Shown: one piece after another, positions 1-7,507 of the stretch | How positions within the stretch are numbered: position 1 is the stretch's first letter | Layout of the letters: every line of letters starts with the position of its first letter | Source: an uncultured virus (IMG/VR IMGVR_UViG_3300021579_000006) | Taxonomy: Duplodnaviria; Heunggongvirae; Uroviricota; Caudoviricetes | DNA: 20,000 nucleotides | Strand: one strand, 5' to 3' | IMG/VR virus record: IMGVR_UViG_3300021579_000006 | Made by a program: the position numbers and the translations under genes | The notes under the pieces: model-generated | The model's database searches: none | What the model was told of the DNA's origin: nothing | What the model saw: the letters and a program-made list of their open reading frames with translations, nothing else

Positions 1-177
1 AGTTCTATTGTCTGCTCCACCACCGTACGTAGGACTTACTATAACGTATTCACGTTCTACAGTCAAGGGGGATTTTTCATCCCAGCGCAGGGGTATCTGA
101 ATTAGGTTAAAACCTAATTTATTTACAAATCTTTTAGTATTCCCCGACACGTTTGAGAAATAAACGATGTCGTACAT
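1..177 (-). CDS. nrdI: NrdI flavodoxin-like protein of class Ib ribonucleotide reductase (runs off the left edge)
   Basis: Not in the ORF track. Manual translation from ATG at 177: MYDIVYFSNVSGNTKRFVNKLGFNLIQIPLRWDEKSPLTVEREYVIVSPTYGGGADNRT. Contains the NrdI-typical YFSxxSxNTxRFV and PTYGGG motifs and lies directly downstream of nrdH. Confidence 0.93.
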   Translation of the reverse strand, partial: MYDIVYFSNVSGNTKRFVNKLGFNLIQIPLRWDEKSPLTVEREYVIVSPTYGGGADNRT

Positions 178-182
178 ACGAG

Positions 183-404
183 CTACTTCAGGGAGTTTAG
201 TCGGTCAGGGAGGAAACCACTCCAATGCGCATCTCCGGCAACTACAACAGGAGCAGCTTGATAGCCAAGACCCTTCACATAATCAGCGGCATCAGAGTCA
301 ACGCTAAGGTCAATAGTAGTGAAATCAATGCCGTTATTTGTTAAATATCTCTTTGTTGTGTCGCACTGTACGCAAGAGGGGAGAGTATAAACGGTTACGG
401 CCAT
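183..404 (-). CDS. nrdH: NrdH glutaredoxin-like redoxin (73 aa)
   Basis: MAVTVYTLPSCVQCDTTKRYL...GYQAAPVVVAGDAHWSGF: CVQC active site plus APVV and WSGF motifs. Start moved from 488 to the ATG at 404, which has GAAAG upstream and gives the typical length. Confidence 0.93.
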   Translation of the reverse strand: MAVTVYTLPSCVQCDTTKRYLTNNGIDFTTIDLSVDSDAADYVKGLGYQAAPVVVAGDAHWSGFLPDRLNSLK

Positions 405-435
405 TTTTGATTTTCTTTCAATAGGAGATGAGAAA

Positions 436-482
436 TCCTGACGTTTTTTGAGGACGCCAGGACCATTAGTTAATCCAGTATA
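436..482 (-). promoter_or_regulatory. Possible -10 box (TATACT, 477-482) and 9-bp stem-loop (436-462) upstream of nrdH
   Basis: Minus strand reads TATACT...TCCTGGCGT-9 nt loop-ACGTCAGGA-TTTC (one G-U pair). Could be a weak terminator for DUF3039 or a 5'-UTR structure of nrdHI. Confidence 0.35.
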
Positions 483-495
483 GGACAAAAATCAA

Positions 496-747
496 CTACT
501 GATTTTCGTCATTATTCAAGAATAGTGCATCCATAATCTCTTTGCAAGCTGAACAAATTCGGAGCTTATCCGGATTGCGGAATGGCACAAAAACCTTGCC
601 ACAGATGGCTTGAACAGGGGTACCTAAGACATATCCAGCAGTGGTCGAGACTTTCTCAGCATAGTGAGCAAAGACTTCGTTGCCTTCATCATCAAGCTGA
701 ATCTGATTTTCAGTCTCTACAATTTCTAAGGTAGATACGCTAGTCAT
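496..747 (-). CDS. DUF3039 family protein (actinobacterial, probably metal-binding)
   Basis: FAHY...GTPVQAICGKVFVP...ICSACKEI matches the H / CGK / CxxC pattern of DUF3039. Confidence 0.85.
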   Translation of the reverse strand: MTSVSTLEIVETENQIQLDDEGNEVFAHYAEKVSTTAGYVLGTPVQAICGKVFVPFRNPDKLRICSACKEIMDALFLNNDENQ

Positions 748-783
748 TAGGGACCTCTAGGGGGTTTTTAAAAGCCATACACG

Positions 784-792
784 TATTTTACC
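784..792 (-). promoter_or_regulatory. Putative promoter element GGTAAAATA facing DUF3039-nrdH-nrdI
   Basis: TATTTTACC on the plus strand. The same motif occurs at 818-825 and 16205-16213, each time intergenic and upstream of a gene block. Confidence 0.45.
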
Positions 793-817
793 TCAAAATT
801 AAAGTTTTATCCATGAT

Positions 818-825
818 GTAAAATA
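818..825 (+). promoter_or_regulatory. Putative promoter element GTAAAATA for fibre module 1
   Basis: TAAAAT -10-like core ending 37 nt before the ATG at 863, in the divergent intergenic region. Confidence 0.5.
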
Positions 826-862
826 AGAATAGCCAAATCCTACTCTCCTGCGGAAGAAATAT

Positions 863-1225
863 ATGAGCACACCAGCTGGACTATACAATATGGTTGCTGA
901 CCAAGGCTCTACTTTTTCACGCACTATCCTATGGAGAGACCCTGCAAAAAAGCCTATCCTACTTAGAGGATACACAGCCCGCATGCAGGTGAGAAAAACA
1001 AGCGATAGCGATGTAATAATCCTTGACCTAACAACTGAAAATGGTGGGATCAGTTTAGGAGCTTCAAATGGAAACATTGAACTTTATGTTTCTGATGAAG
1101 ATATGGCAACCATACCTGAAGATAAGTACGTTTACGATCTAGAGCTAGTTGCCCCAAACTCCGAGCTTTATGTATACAAACTGATTCAGGGAAATTTTGT
1201 AGTTAGAGCAGAGGTGACCAGATAA
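863..1225 (+). CDS. Phage fibre adaptor/attachment-like beta-sandwich protein (paralog 1)
   Basis: 120 aa with [30 protein letters not shown] and EVTR. Clear paralog of 16251-16613; this type of domain commonly precedes phage fibre genes. Confidence 0.65.
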   Translation: MSTPAGLYNMVADQGSTFSRTILWRDPAKKPILLRGYTARMQVRKTSDSDVIILDLTTENGGISLGASNGNIELYVSDEDMATIPEDKYVYDLELVAPNSELYVYKLIQGNFVVRAEVTR

Positions 1226-1542
1226 TGGCTGGAGATGTAGCGAGTAGTGTCGCATCCGGTAAATATGTTCGCCAAATCATAGTCTCCGCCCCCGGACCCC
1301 AAGGTCCAGCTGGAACTAACGGTATTGCTGCCAGTGAAATTGTACCCCTAGTTTCTTATAGGCATCTACAAAGCACTCCGGCAACAATCTGGACTGTACT
1401 GCACAATTTAAACTTCTTTCCAAATGTGACTGTCTTTGACAGTGGGGAATCGCAGATAGAAGGAACAGTGACACATATCAATGAAACTCAACTAACCATA
1501 TCTTTTTCAGAGGCAATTTCTGGAAAAGCTCATCTCTCATAA
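1225..1542 (+). CDS. Small virion structural protein with short collagen-like stub and C-terminal WTVxHNL beta domain
   Basis: TAATG-coupled to the previous gene. PGPQGPAGTNG, then WTVLHNLNFFPNVTVFD, which resembles the C-terminus of 1552-2922. Confidence 0.6.
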   Translation: MAGDVASSVASGKYVRQIIVSAPGPQGPAGTNGIAASEIVPLVSYRHLQSTPATIWTVLHNLNFFPNVTVFDSGESQIEGTVTHINETQLTISFSEAISGKAHLS

Positions 1543-1551
1543 GGAAACATA

Positions 1552-2922
1552 ATGTCACGTCAATTCCTAACGGGGCTCAATCTTAATAAGAATGAGCTGC
1601 TGAATGCCAGAATCCAAAACCTGGCTATTGCTCCTCAGTCACCTGTAGCTGGTCAAATCTATTACAACACTGGTGACAACACTCTTCGCTACTTCAATGG
1701 CACCTCTTGGCTAACCCTTGCTCAGGGTGGAAGCGTTTCAGATGCTATCAATGCAGCAATCACAGCTCTTGATCTAGCAAACACCTATGATGCTAAGGGT
1801 GCTGCAGCAGCGGCTCAGACTGCAGCTGAAGGATATGCAGATTCACTCGCAGGTAACTACGATGCAGTGGGCTCAGCGGCTTCTGCTGAAGCAGCTGCTA
1901 AATCATATGCCAATGGTCTTGCTGTCAACTATGACGTAGCTGGAGCAGCATCAGCTGCCCAAACTGCAGCTCAGAACTACGCTGATGGTCTAGCTGTAAA
2001 CTACGATGCTGCAGGTTCTGCAAGCACCGTACAAGGACACCTAGATACCCACACTGGATCTTCCTCTGGAGTTCACGGAGTAACTGGTGATGTTGTTGGA
2101 ACTTCTGATATTCAGAATCTTTCTAATAAGACCTTCACCGGGGATACCTACTTCCAATCAGCTGGTGGAGCAGGCGGGGCTAATAACTTTGTTAGCGTTG
2201 ATAATAGTTCTGGAAAACTAACCGTACATTCAGGTTATGCAGTAGACATAACTACTCCCGGAACCGTAGACATTGTTTCCACTACTGGAAATATCGTTCT
2301 TAATGCTGATGGTACTGCCTATATTACAGCCGCGTCGGCAGGCAATGAGATCGCTTCTCACGGTTATGTAGGCGGTCTTATTGGTGATGCAACTGTTAAT
2401 GGCTCAACTGGAAATACTGTTAAGGATCGCATTGACTCTGCAGTAGCAGGATTAGTCGCTGGTGCTCCGGATCTTCTTAACACTCTCAATGAACTTGCAG
2501 CAGCAATTGCTGATGACCCAAGCTTCGCAACCTCTGTTACCAATGCTATTGCTAATAAGGTTGCTAAGAATGGCGACACCATGACTGGTGACCTAACTCT
2601 TGCAAGCGATCCGACATCTAACTTAATGGCTGCAACCAAGCAGTATGTAGATAATACTGTATCTGGAGCTATCTCGGCTGCTGCTCCTACTACTAAGCAC
2701 ACCGAAGCAAATGCGGAACTAGTGCCGTCTAGTAATGTTGTTTCATGGACCGTGACTCACGGACTAGGTACCCGCAACGTACTAGTTCAGGTATTTGATG
2801 CCGTATCATATGATCAGGTTGAAGTAGATGTAGTTCGTACCAGCACTACTGTTGCAACTCTTTCATGGGTTTCAGCAGCTACTGTTGCAGCTGGTGCATA
2901 TCAAGTTGTAGTAATCGGCTAA
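1552..2922 (+). CDS. Tail fibre/appendage protein
   Basis: RBS AAGGAA. Fibre motifs GQIYYNT..YFNGTSW, Ala-rich repeats, [28 protein letters not shown]...AATKQYVD, and C-terminal WTVTHGLG domain. Confidence 0.8.
   Translation: MSRQFLTGLNLNKNELLNARIQNLAIAPQSPVAGQIYYNTGDNTLRYFNGTSWLTLAQGGSVSDAINAAITALDLANTYDAKGAAAAAQTAAEGYADSLAGNYDAVGSAASAEAAAKSYANGLAVNYDVAGAASAAQTAAQNYADGLAVNYDAAGSASTVQGHLDTHTGSSSGVHGVTGDVVGTSDIQNLSNKTFTGDTYFQSAGGAGGANNFVSVDNSSGKLTVHSGYAVDITTPGTVDIVSTTGNIVLNADGTAYITAASAGNEIASHGYVGGLIGDATVNGSTGNTVKDRIDSAVAGLVAGAPDLLNTLNELAAAIADDPSFATSVTNAIANKVAKNGDTMTGDLTLASDPTSNLMAATKQYVDNTVSGAISAAAPTTKHTEANAELVPSSNVVSWTVTHGLGTRNVLVQVFDAVSYDQVEVDVVRTSTTVATLSWVSAATVAAGAYQVVVIG
1786..2022 (+). 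repeat. 24-aa (72-bp) degenerate tandem repeat, three copies plus a partial fourth
   Basis: [24 protein letters not shown] / [24 protein letters not shown] / [24 protein letters not shown] / YDAAGSA. Confidence 0.85.
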
Positions 2923-2949
2923 TAAGCCTTTAAATAAAGAGGAAAAACT

Positions 2950-3348
2950 TTGTCAAGAAAGTTTTTAACGCCAGTAAACCTGCCACATGGGCCAGTTCTA
3001 CCTGCGGCAGGTTTAACTGGCGACCTCTTTTTTCTAACTACAGACAAAAAGGTATATACCTTTGATGGCAGTTCCTGGTCTGCTTCTAGCGGGCCATCTG
3101 CAGCAATGTCAACCCTTACAGATGTTCAGGCACCCTCACCTGCAGGCGGAGATGTCCTTCTCTACGACCAAACCACTACCTCCTGGGTAAATATTAGTTT
3201 GATCAGCCTACTGTCCGATTTCGGGCTTATTTCTGCAGATGCTGGACTATACAACGTGTCTTCAGTAACTGGTACAATTGATGGTGGAACCTCTACCACT
3301 ACTACCTACAACTTTACCTATGATGGTGGAAACGAAAGTAGCTTCTAA
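2950..3348 (+). CDS. Small fibre connector-like protein
   Basis: TTG start with AGAGGA RBS. N-terminus MSRKFLT resembles MSRQFLT of 1552. Has LTDV...GDVLLYD...WVN motif and C-terminal IDGG/YDGG. Confidence 0.65.
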   Translation: MSRKFLTPVNLPHGPVLPAAGLTGDLFFLTTDKKVYTFDGSSWSASSGPSAAMSTLTDVQAPSPAGGDVLLYDQTTTSWVNISLISLLSDFGLISADAGLYNVSSVTGTIDGGTSTTTTYNFTYDGGNESSF

Positions 3349-6300
3349 TGGCAATTAAGATTCAGCTTAGACGCGGTACTGCCGCTAACTGGACCTCAAC
3401 TAACCCTACCCTTTCTGATGGTGAAGTCGGCTTTGAGTCAGACTCTGGCAAGTTTAAAATTGGTCGAGCCGGCCTCGCTTGGGCTGATCTCGGATATGCA
3501 ACCGATCTACCTAGTCAGGTTGATGCATTAATTGCTGACCTTGCAAATACAGTCTCAGCACACAGCAGCTCACACACTAACGTTCACGGCATCGCTGATA
3601 CAAACGAACTAGAGACTAAGACTGGTGCTCAGAATAGGGTAGATGTTGGAGTTTCCACTGCAGAGTCATATACAGATTCAGAGCTATATGCCCACAACTC
3701 TTCAATTCTTAATATTCACGGTATTGCAAACACTGCTGCCCTCGAAACTAAGACTGGCGCTCAGACCAAGGCAGATACTGCTGAATCAGCAGCAAAGGCT
3801 TACGCTGACTCAGCCATCTCTGCGCTAGTAGATTCATCACCAAACCTACTAAATACCTTAAATGAACTGGCCGCAGCTCTTGGAGATGACCCTAACTTCT
3901 CCACTACTGTTGCTAATAACATTGCAACTAAGGCAACTCTTGTTGTAGACACTGCCGCCAACCTGACTTCTGCTAATGCAGTACCTGAGGCAAGCAGCTT
4001 CGTTCTAGAGTCAAATACCGGTAAGTTCAAGATCGGTAATGGTACCTCCCACTGGACTGCTCTTCCATATGCTGGAACAACCTCTACAGAGATTACCGAT
4101 CTAACAGCTCAGCTAGAGAACTATGCCAACAATATGATGGCATATCACATGGCCCAAACCACCGAGGTCCATGGTATTGCTAATGTTGCCGACCTAGTTG
4201 TTTCATCAACTCTTTATGCACACACAAGCGATACTACAAATGTACATGGTATCGCTAATACTGCCGATCTAGCGATGCTCTCAGACATCGATACCCACAA
4301 CCTAGACACCACAAACGTGCACGGTATCGCAAATACTGCAGCACTTGCAACTAAGTCAGACATCGACACCCACAACACTACGACTACCAACGTACATGGT
4401 ATTGCTAATACTGCACTCCTTCTAACAACTGCCGACCAAACCACTATCAACAACTCGATAGCTCTCAAGGCAGACATTAACTCCCCGACTCTAACTGGAA
4501 CTGTCGTTCTCCCTGCCACTACCTCAATTGGCAATGTGTCAGCGTCAGAGATTAGTTACGTAGATGGTGTTACCTCAGGTATTCAGGCTCAGCTTGATAG
4601 CAAGGCCCCGACTGCCAATGCCACATTTACCGGAACAACCTCCGGTATTACCAAAGCAATGGTTGGTTTATCTAATGTTGACAACACCTCAGATGCTAAT
4701 AAGTCAATCTCTACAGCAACCCAATCTGCCCTAGATTTGAAGGCACCTACTTCAAACCCAACCTTTACCGGTACTGTAGTTCTACCAGCAGCAACCTCTA
4801 TCGGAAACGTATCTGCAACCGAGCTAGGCTATGTAGATGGTGTTACTTCAAGCATTCAAGCTCAGCTTGATTCAAAGCTAAGCACAGCCTCTATTGCAGC
4901 AACTTACGCACCGATCGAGTCACCAACCTTCACAGGAACCGTTTCCGGTGTAACTAAGGCTATGGTAGGACTCGGCAACGTAGATAACACTTCGGATGCT
5001 GGCAAGCCTGTATCAACTGCTCAGCAGGCTGCACTTGACCTAAAGGCACCACTTGCCAACGCAACACTTACTGGAACTGTAGTTCTTCCTGCAACTACAT
5101 CTATCGGTACAGTATCTGCCGCCGAGATCGGATATGTAGATGGAGTAACATCTTCAATCCAAACTCAGTTGGATTCTAAGGCACCTACTTCAAACCCAAC
5201 CTTTACCGGTACCGTTTCCGGAATTACCAAGTCAATGGTTGGTCTTGCTAACGTAGATAATACATCGGATGCCAATAAGCCAGTATCTACTGCAACTCAG
5301 ACTGCTTTGGATCTTAAGGCTAACCTAGCTAGCCCAACCTTCACTGGAACTCTTGTTGCCCCTACAGTTAATGCAACTGACCTAACTACTGCTAACCTAA
5401 CGGTCACCGGAACCCAAACTATTGTAAATAGTACTAACCTTGCAGTAGCTGACTCACTTATCTACCTAGCTGACTCGCAGTATTCAGCTGATATTTTAGA
5501 TATAGGTATTTATGGTGCCTACGGTAATGGTGGAACCAACAGCTCTAACCACCCACACACTGGTCTTGTCCGCGATGCCTCCGATGGAGTATGGAAGCTA
5601 GTATCTGGAGCAACCGAACCAACAGATAGCGTAGTCGACTTCACTGGAGTTACCTATGACACTCTAAAGATTGGTGCTCTGCAGGCAACATCTGCAACTA
5701 TTGGAAATGTCTCAAACACCGAGCTCCAATATCTTGATGGCGTAACCTCGGCAGTCCAGACTCAGATTGATTCAAAGGCTCCAACGGCCAGTCCAACCTT
5801 TACAGGAACTGTAACCCTCCCAACTGGAACTGTTACTTCAGCAATGATCCTGGACGGGACCATTGTTAATGGCGATATTTCAGACTCAGCTGCTATCGCA
5901 GTTTCTAAGCTTGCAGCATCAACCATCTCAGGTATCACCCTAGGAAGTAACCTAAACACTCTTACCATCAACAGCGGCCTAACCGGAACTTCATACAACG
6001 GTTCAAGCGCTGTGACTATCGGTATTGATACTGCAGTGGTTGCAACCCTAACTGGAACTCAGACCCTCACCAACAAGACAATCAGCCTCGCTTCCGGTGG
6101 AGTTACATTCTCAGATGGGTCAGTTCAAACTGTTGCTGGCGTTCCTTCAATTACTACTATCTCGGGTAAGAGCGCTTCATACACCCTAAGCGCACTAACT
6201 GAGCGTGACACAATCATTGAAGTTGCTAATACATCAGCCACTACTCTAACTATTCCTCTGGACTCAACATTGAACTTCCCAGTAGGCACTACAATTGATA

Positions 6301-6458
6301 TTATTCAGACTTCAACAGGTCAGGTAACAATTGCTGGTGCCGGTGGAGTTACCGTAAATGCTACTCCAGGTCTGAAGCTTCGCACTCAGTGGTCATCTGC
6401 TACACTACTAAAGCGTGCAGCAAACACCTGGTTGGTCTACGGAGACCTGTCAGCTTAA
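3348..6458 (+). CDS. Long tail fibre protein (1036 aa) with Mtd/hyaluronidase-type N-terminal module
   Basis: IQLRRGTAANWTSTNPTLSDGEVGFESDSGKFKIG resembles the Mtd N-terminal-like module, with a second degenerate copy (ESNTGKFKIGNG). Also HGI repeats, LNELAAALGDDPNF, three VGLxNVDNTSD repeats, and C-terminal FPVGT...WLVYGDL domain. Confidence 0.85.
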   Translation: MAIKIQLRRGTAANWTSTNPTLSDGEVGFESDSGKFKIGRAGLAWADLGYATDLPSQVDALIADLANTVSAHSSSHTNVHGIADTNELETKTGAQNRVDVGVSTAESYTDSELYAHNSSILNIHGIANTAALETKTGAQTKADTAESAAKAYADSAISALVDSSPNLLNTLNELAAALGDDPNFSTTVANNIATKATLVVDTAANLTSANAVPEASSFVLESNTGKFKIGNGTSHWTALPYAGTTSTEITDLTAQLENYANNMMAYHMAQTTEVHGIANVADLVVSSTLYAHTSDTTNVHGIANTADLAMLSDIDTHNLDTTNVHGIANTAALATKSDIDTHNTTTTNVHGIANTALLLTTADQTTINNSIALKADINSPTLTGTVVLPATTSIGNVSASEISYVDGVTSGIQAQLDSKAPTANATFTGTTSGITKAMVGLSNVDNTSDANKSISTATQSALDLKAPTSNPTFTGTVVLPAATSIGNVSATELGYVDGVTSSIQAQLDSKLSTASIAATYAPIESPTFTGTVSGVTKAMVGLGNVDNTSDAGKPVSTAQQAALDLKAPLANATLTGTVVLPATTSIGTVSAAEIGYVDGVTSSIQTQLDSKAPTSNPTFTGTVSGITKSMVGLANVDNTSDANKPVSTATQTALDLKANLASPTFTGTLVAPTVNATDLTTANLTVTGTQTIVNSTNLAVADSLIYLADSQYSADILDIGIYGAYGNGGTNSSNHPHTGLVRDASDGVWKLVSGATEPTDSVVDFTGVTYDTLKIGALQATSATIGNVSNTELQYLDGVTSAVQTQIDSKAPTASPTFTGTVTLPTGTVTSAMILDGTIVNGDISDSAAIAVSKLAASTISGITLGSNLNTLTINSGLTGTSYNGSSAVTIGIDTAVVATLTGTQTLTNKTISLASGGVTFSDGSVQTVAGVPSITTISGKSASYTLSALTERDTIIEVANTSATTLTIPLDSTLNFPVGTTIDIIQTSTGQVTIAGAGGVTVNATPGLKLRTQWSSATLLKRAANTWLVYGDLSA
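3561..4413 (+). repeat. Six H-x7-HGI motifs in the long fibre
   Basis: HSSSHTNVHGI, HNSSILNIHGI, HMAQTTEVHGI, HTSDTTNVHGI, HNLDTTNVHGI, HNTTTTNVHGI. Confidence 0.85.
4460..5830 (+). repeat. Alternating long fibre-shaft repeats
   Basis: Modules IGNVSAxExxYVDGVTSxIQxQLDSK (four copies) and TKxMVGLxNVDNTSDAxKxxSTAxQxALDLKA (three copies). Exact 35-bp duplication at 4740-4774 and 5178-5212. Confidence 0.85.
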
Positions 6459-6475
6459 TAGGAGAGAATTAAGAA

Positions 6476-7441
6476 ATGGCAAAAAGAGCTGGTAGACACT
6501 CACAGTCACAGAATGACTTCCTACAGCCTAATGATGTAACAATCACAACTGCAACTAACGTTGGAACTAACCGACCATACCTTGCTGTAGCTACCGGAAC
6601 TAATGGTCAGGGTGGTGCTGTAAACCTAGTATGGACCCTTCCAGCACTATCTCCAGCAGCAACAAGCTATGACATCACTTCAACCCCAGCAACTGTAACT
6701 AAGAATACAACTACACTACCTACTGGTGGTGCACCGTTTGTGTTTGAAGGTCTTGCTTCTGGAGTTTCATATACATTCTCTGTAGTTGCAAAGAATGCTG
6801 CTGGAAATTCTAATGCAGTAACATCATCTTCAGTTGCAGTTACTACTGTTCCTCAAGCTCCTCAGTCGCCAGCCCTAAGCTCGCCAAGTGCTGACTCTGA
6901 CCGAATTGCTTGGACTGTAGGAGCAACTGGTGGTTCAGCTATTACTCAAACTACGCTGGTTCCATCGCTAGCCCCAAATACTCCTATCGTCATCGGAGTA
7001 GGGTCCCTAGCCAATAGCGGCACTCCTACTAGCGCTGTATACTACGATACCCCCGTTCCAGGTGGAACAAATGAGTACTTTAGCCTCTATGCCACTAACG
7101 CAAATGGTAACTCGGCTACTGTAACCACTAATACTATCTCTACTACACCACCGTTCTTCCCACCGTTCTTCCCACCGTTCTTCCCTCCTTACTTCCCATT
7201 CTTCCCACCGTTCTTCCCACCGTTCTTCCCACCGTTCTTCCCTCCTTACTTCCCATTCTTCCCACCGTTCTTCCCACCGTTCTTCCCTTACTTCCCATTC
7301 TTCCCACCGTTCTTCCCACCGTTCTTCCCACCGTTCTTCCCACCGTTCTTCCCACCTTCATTCCCACCACGCTTTGGAATCTTCTCTATTGATCCGAGTA
7401 TGATGGAAGAGGAATCTGAAGTCGAAGAAGACGAAGAATAA
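6476..7441 (+). CDS. Fibronectin type III-like protein with C-terminal (PPFF)n tract and acidic tail
   Basis: RBS AGGAG. FN3 hallmarks VNLVWT..GLASGVSYTFSVVAKNAAGNS and a second unit VPQAP..IAWT..GGSAIT..FSLYATNANGNS, then 76 aa of Pro/Phe repeats and EEESEVEEDEE. Confidence 0.8.
   Translation: MAKRAGRHSQSQNDFLQPNDVTITTATNVGTNRPYLAVATGTNGQGGAVNLVWTLPALSPAATSYDITSTPATVTKNTTTLPTGGAPFVFEGLASGVSYTFSVVAKNAAGNSNAVTSSSVAVTTVPQAPQSPALSSPSADSDRIAWTVGATGGSAITQTTLVPSLAPNTPIVIGVGSLANSGTPTSAVYYDTPVPGGTNEYFSLYATNANGNSATVTTNTISTTPPFFPPFFPPFFPPYFPFFPPFFPPFFPPFFPPYFPFFPPFFPPFFPYFPFFPPFFPPFFPPFFPPFFPPSFPPRFGIFSIDPSMMEEESEVEEDEE
7148..7375 (+). repeat. Coding minisatellite: 12-bp unit CCACCGTTCTTC (PPFF) with a 57-bp higher-order unit
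   Basis: [(PPFF)3 PPYF PFF]x2, (PPFF)2 PYF PFF, (PPFF)4 PPSF PPRF. By my count 36 Pro, 35 Phe, 3 Tyr, 1 Ser and 1 Arg in 228 bp. Confidence 0.97.
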
Positions 7442-7458
7442 AAAAAGATATAACCTAG

Positions 7459-7488
7459 AAGAGGGGCAGAGAAATCTGCTCCTCTTTT
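7459..7488 (+). terminator. Rho-independent terminator-like or mRNA-stabilising hairpin
   Basis: AAGAGGGGCAGA-GAAA-TCTGCTCCTCTT-TT: 12-bp stem with one G-U pair, GNRA loop and short U tract, 17 nt after the stop of the PPFF gene. Confidence 0.75.
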
Positions 7489-7507
7489 AGCATTCCCAGG
7501 AGAGATT

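Noticed and set aside
405..488. N-terminal extension of NrdH given by the ORF track
   Set aside because: NrdH similarity starts at MAVTVY (ATG 404). The upstream region contains an RBS-like sequence, a hairpin and a -10-like box.
3348..6458. Diversity-generating retroelement suggested by the Mtd-like N-terminus
   Set aside because: Only the N-terminal structural module matches. No reverse transcriptase and no template/variable repeat pair differing at adenines was seen in the window.
7148..7375. CRISPR array
   Set aside because: Contiguous 12-bp tandem units without unique spacers, in frame within a CDS, and no cas genes.
6476..7441. Classical RiPP or cyclic-peptide precursor releasing PPFF cores
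   Set aside because: No protease, cyclase or transporter is recognisable in the window, there are no spacer or cleavage motifs between units, and the tract is fused to FN3-like domains in a virion operon.
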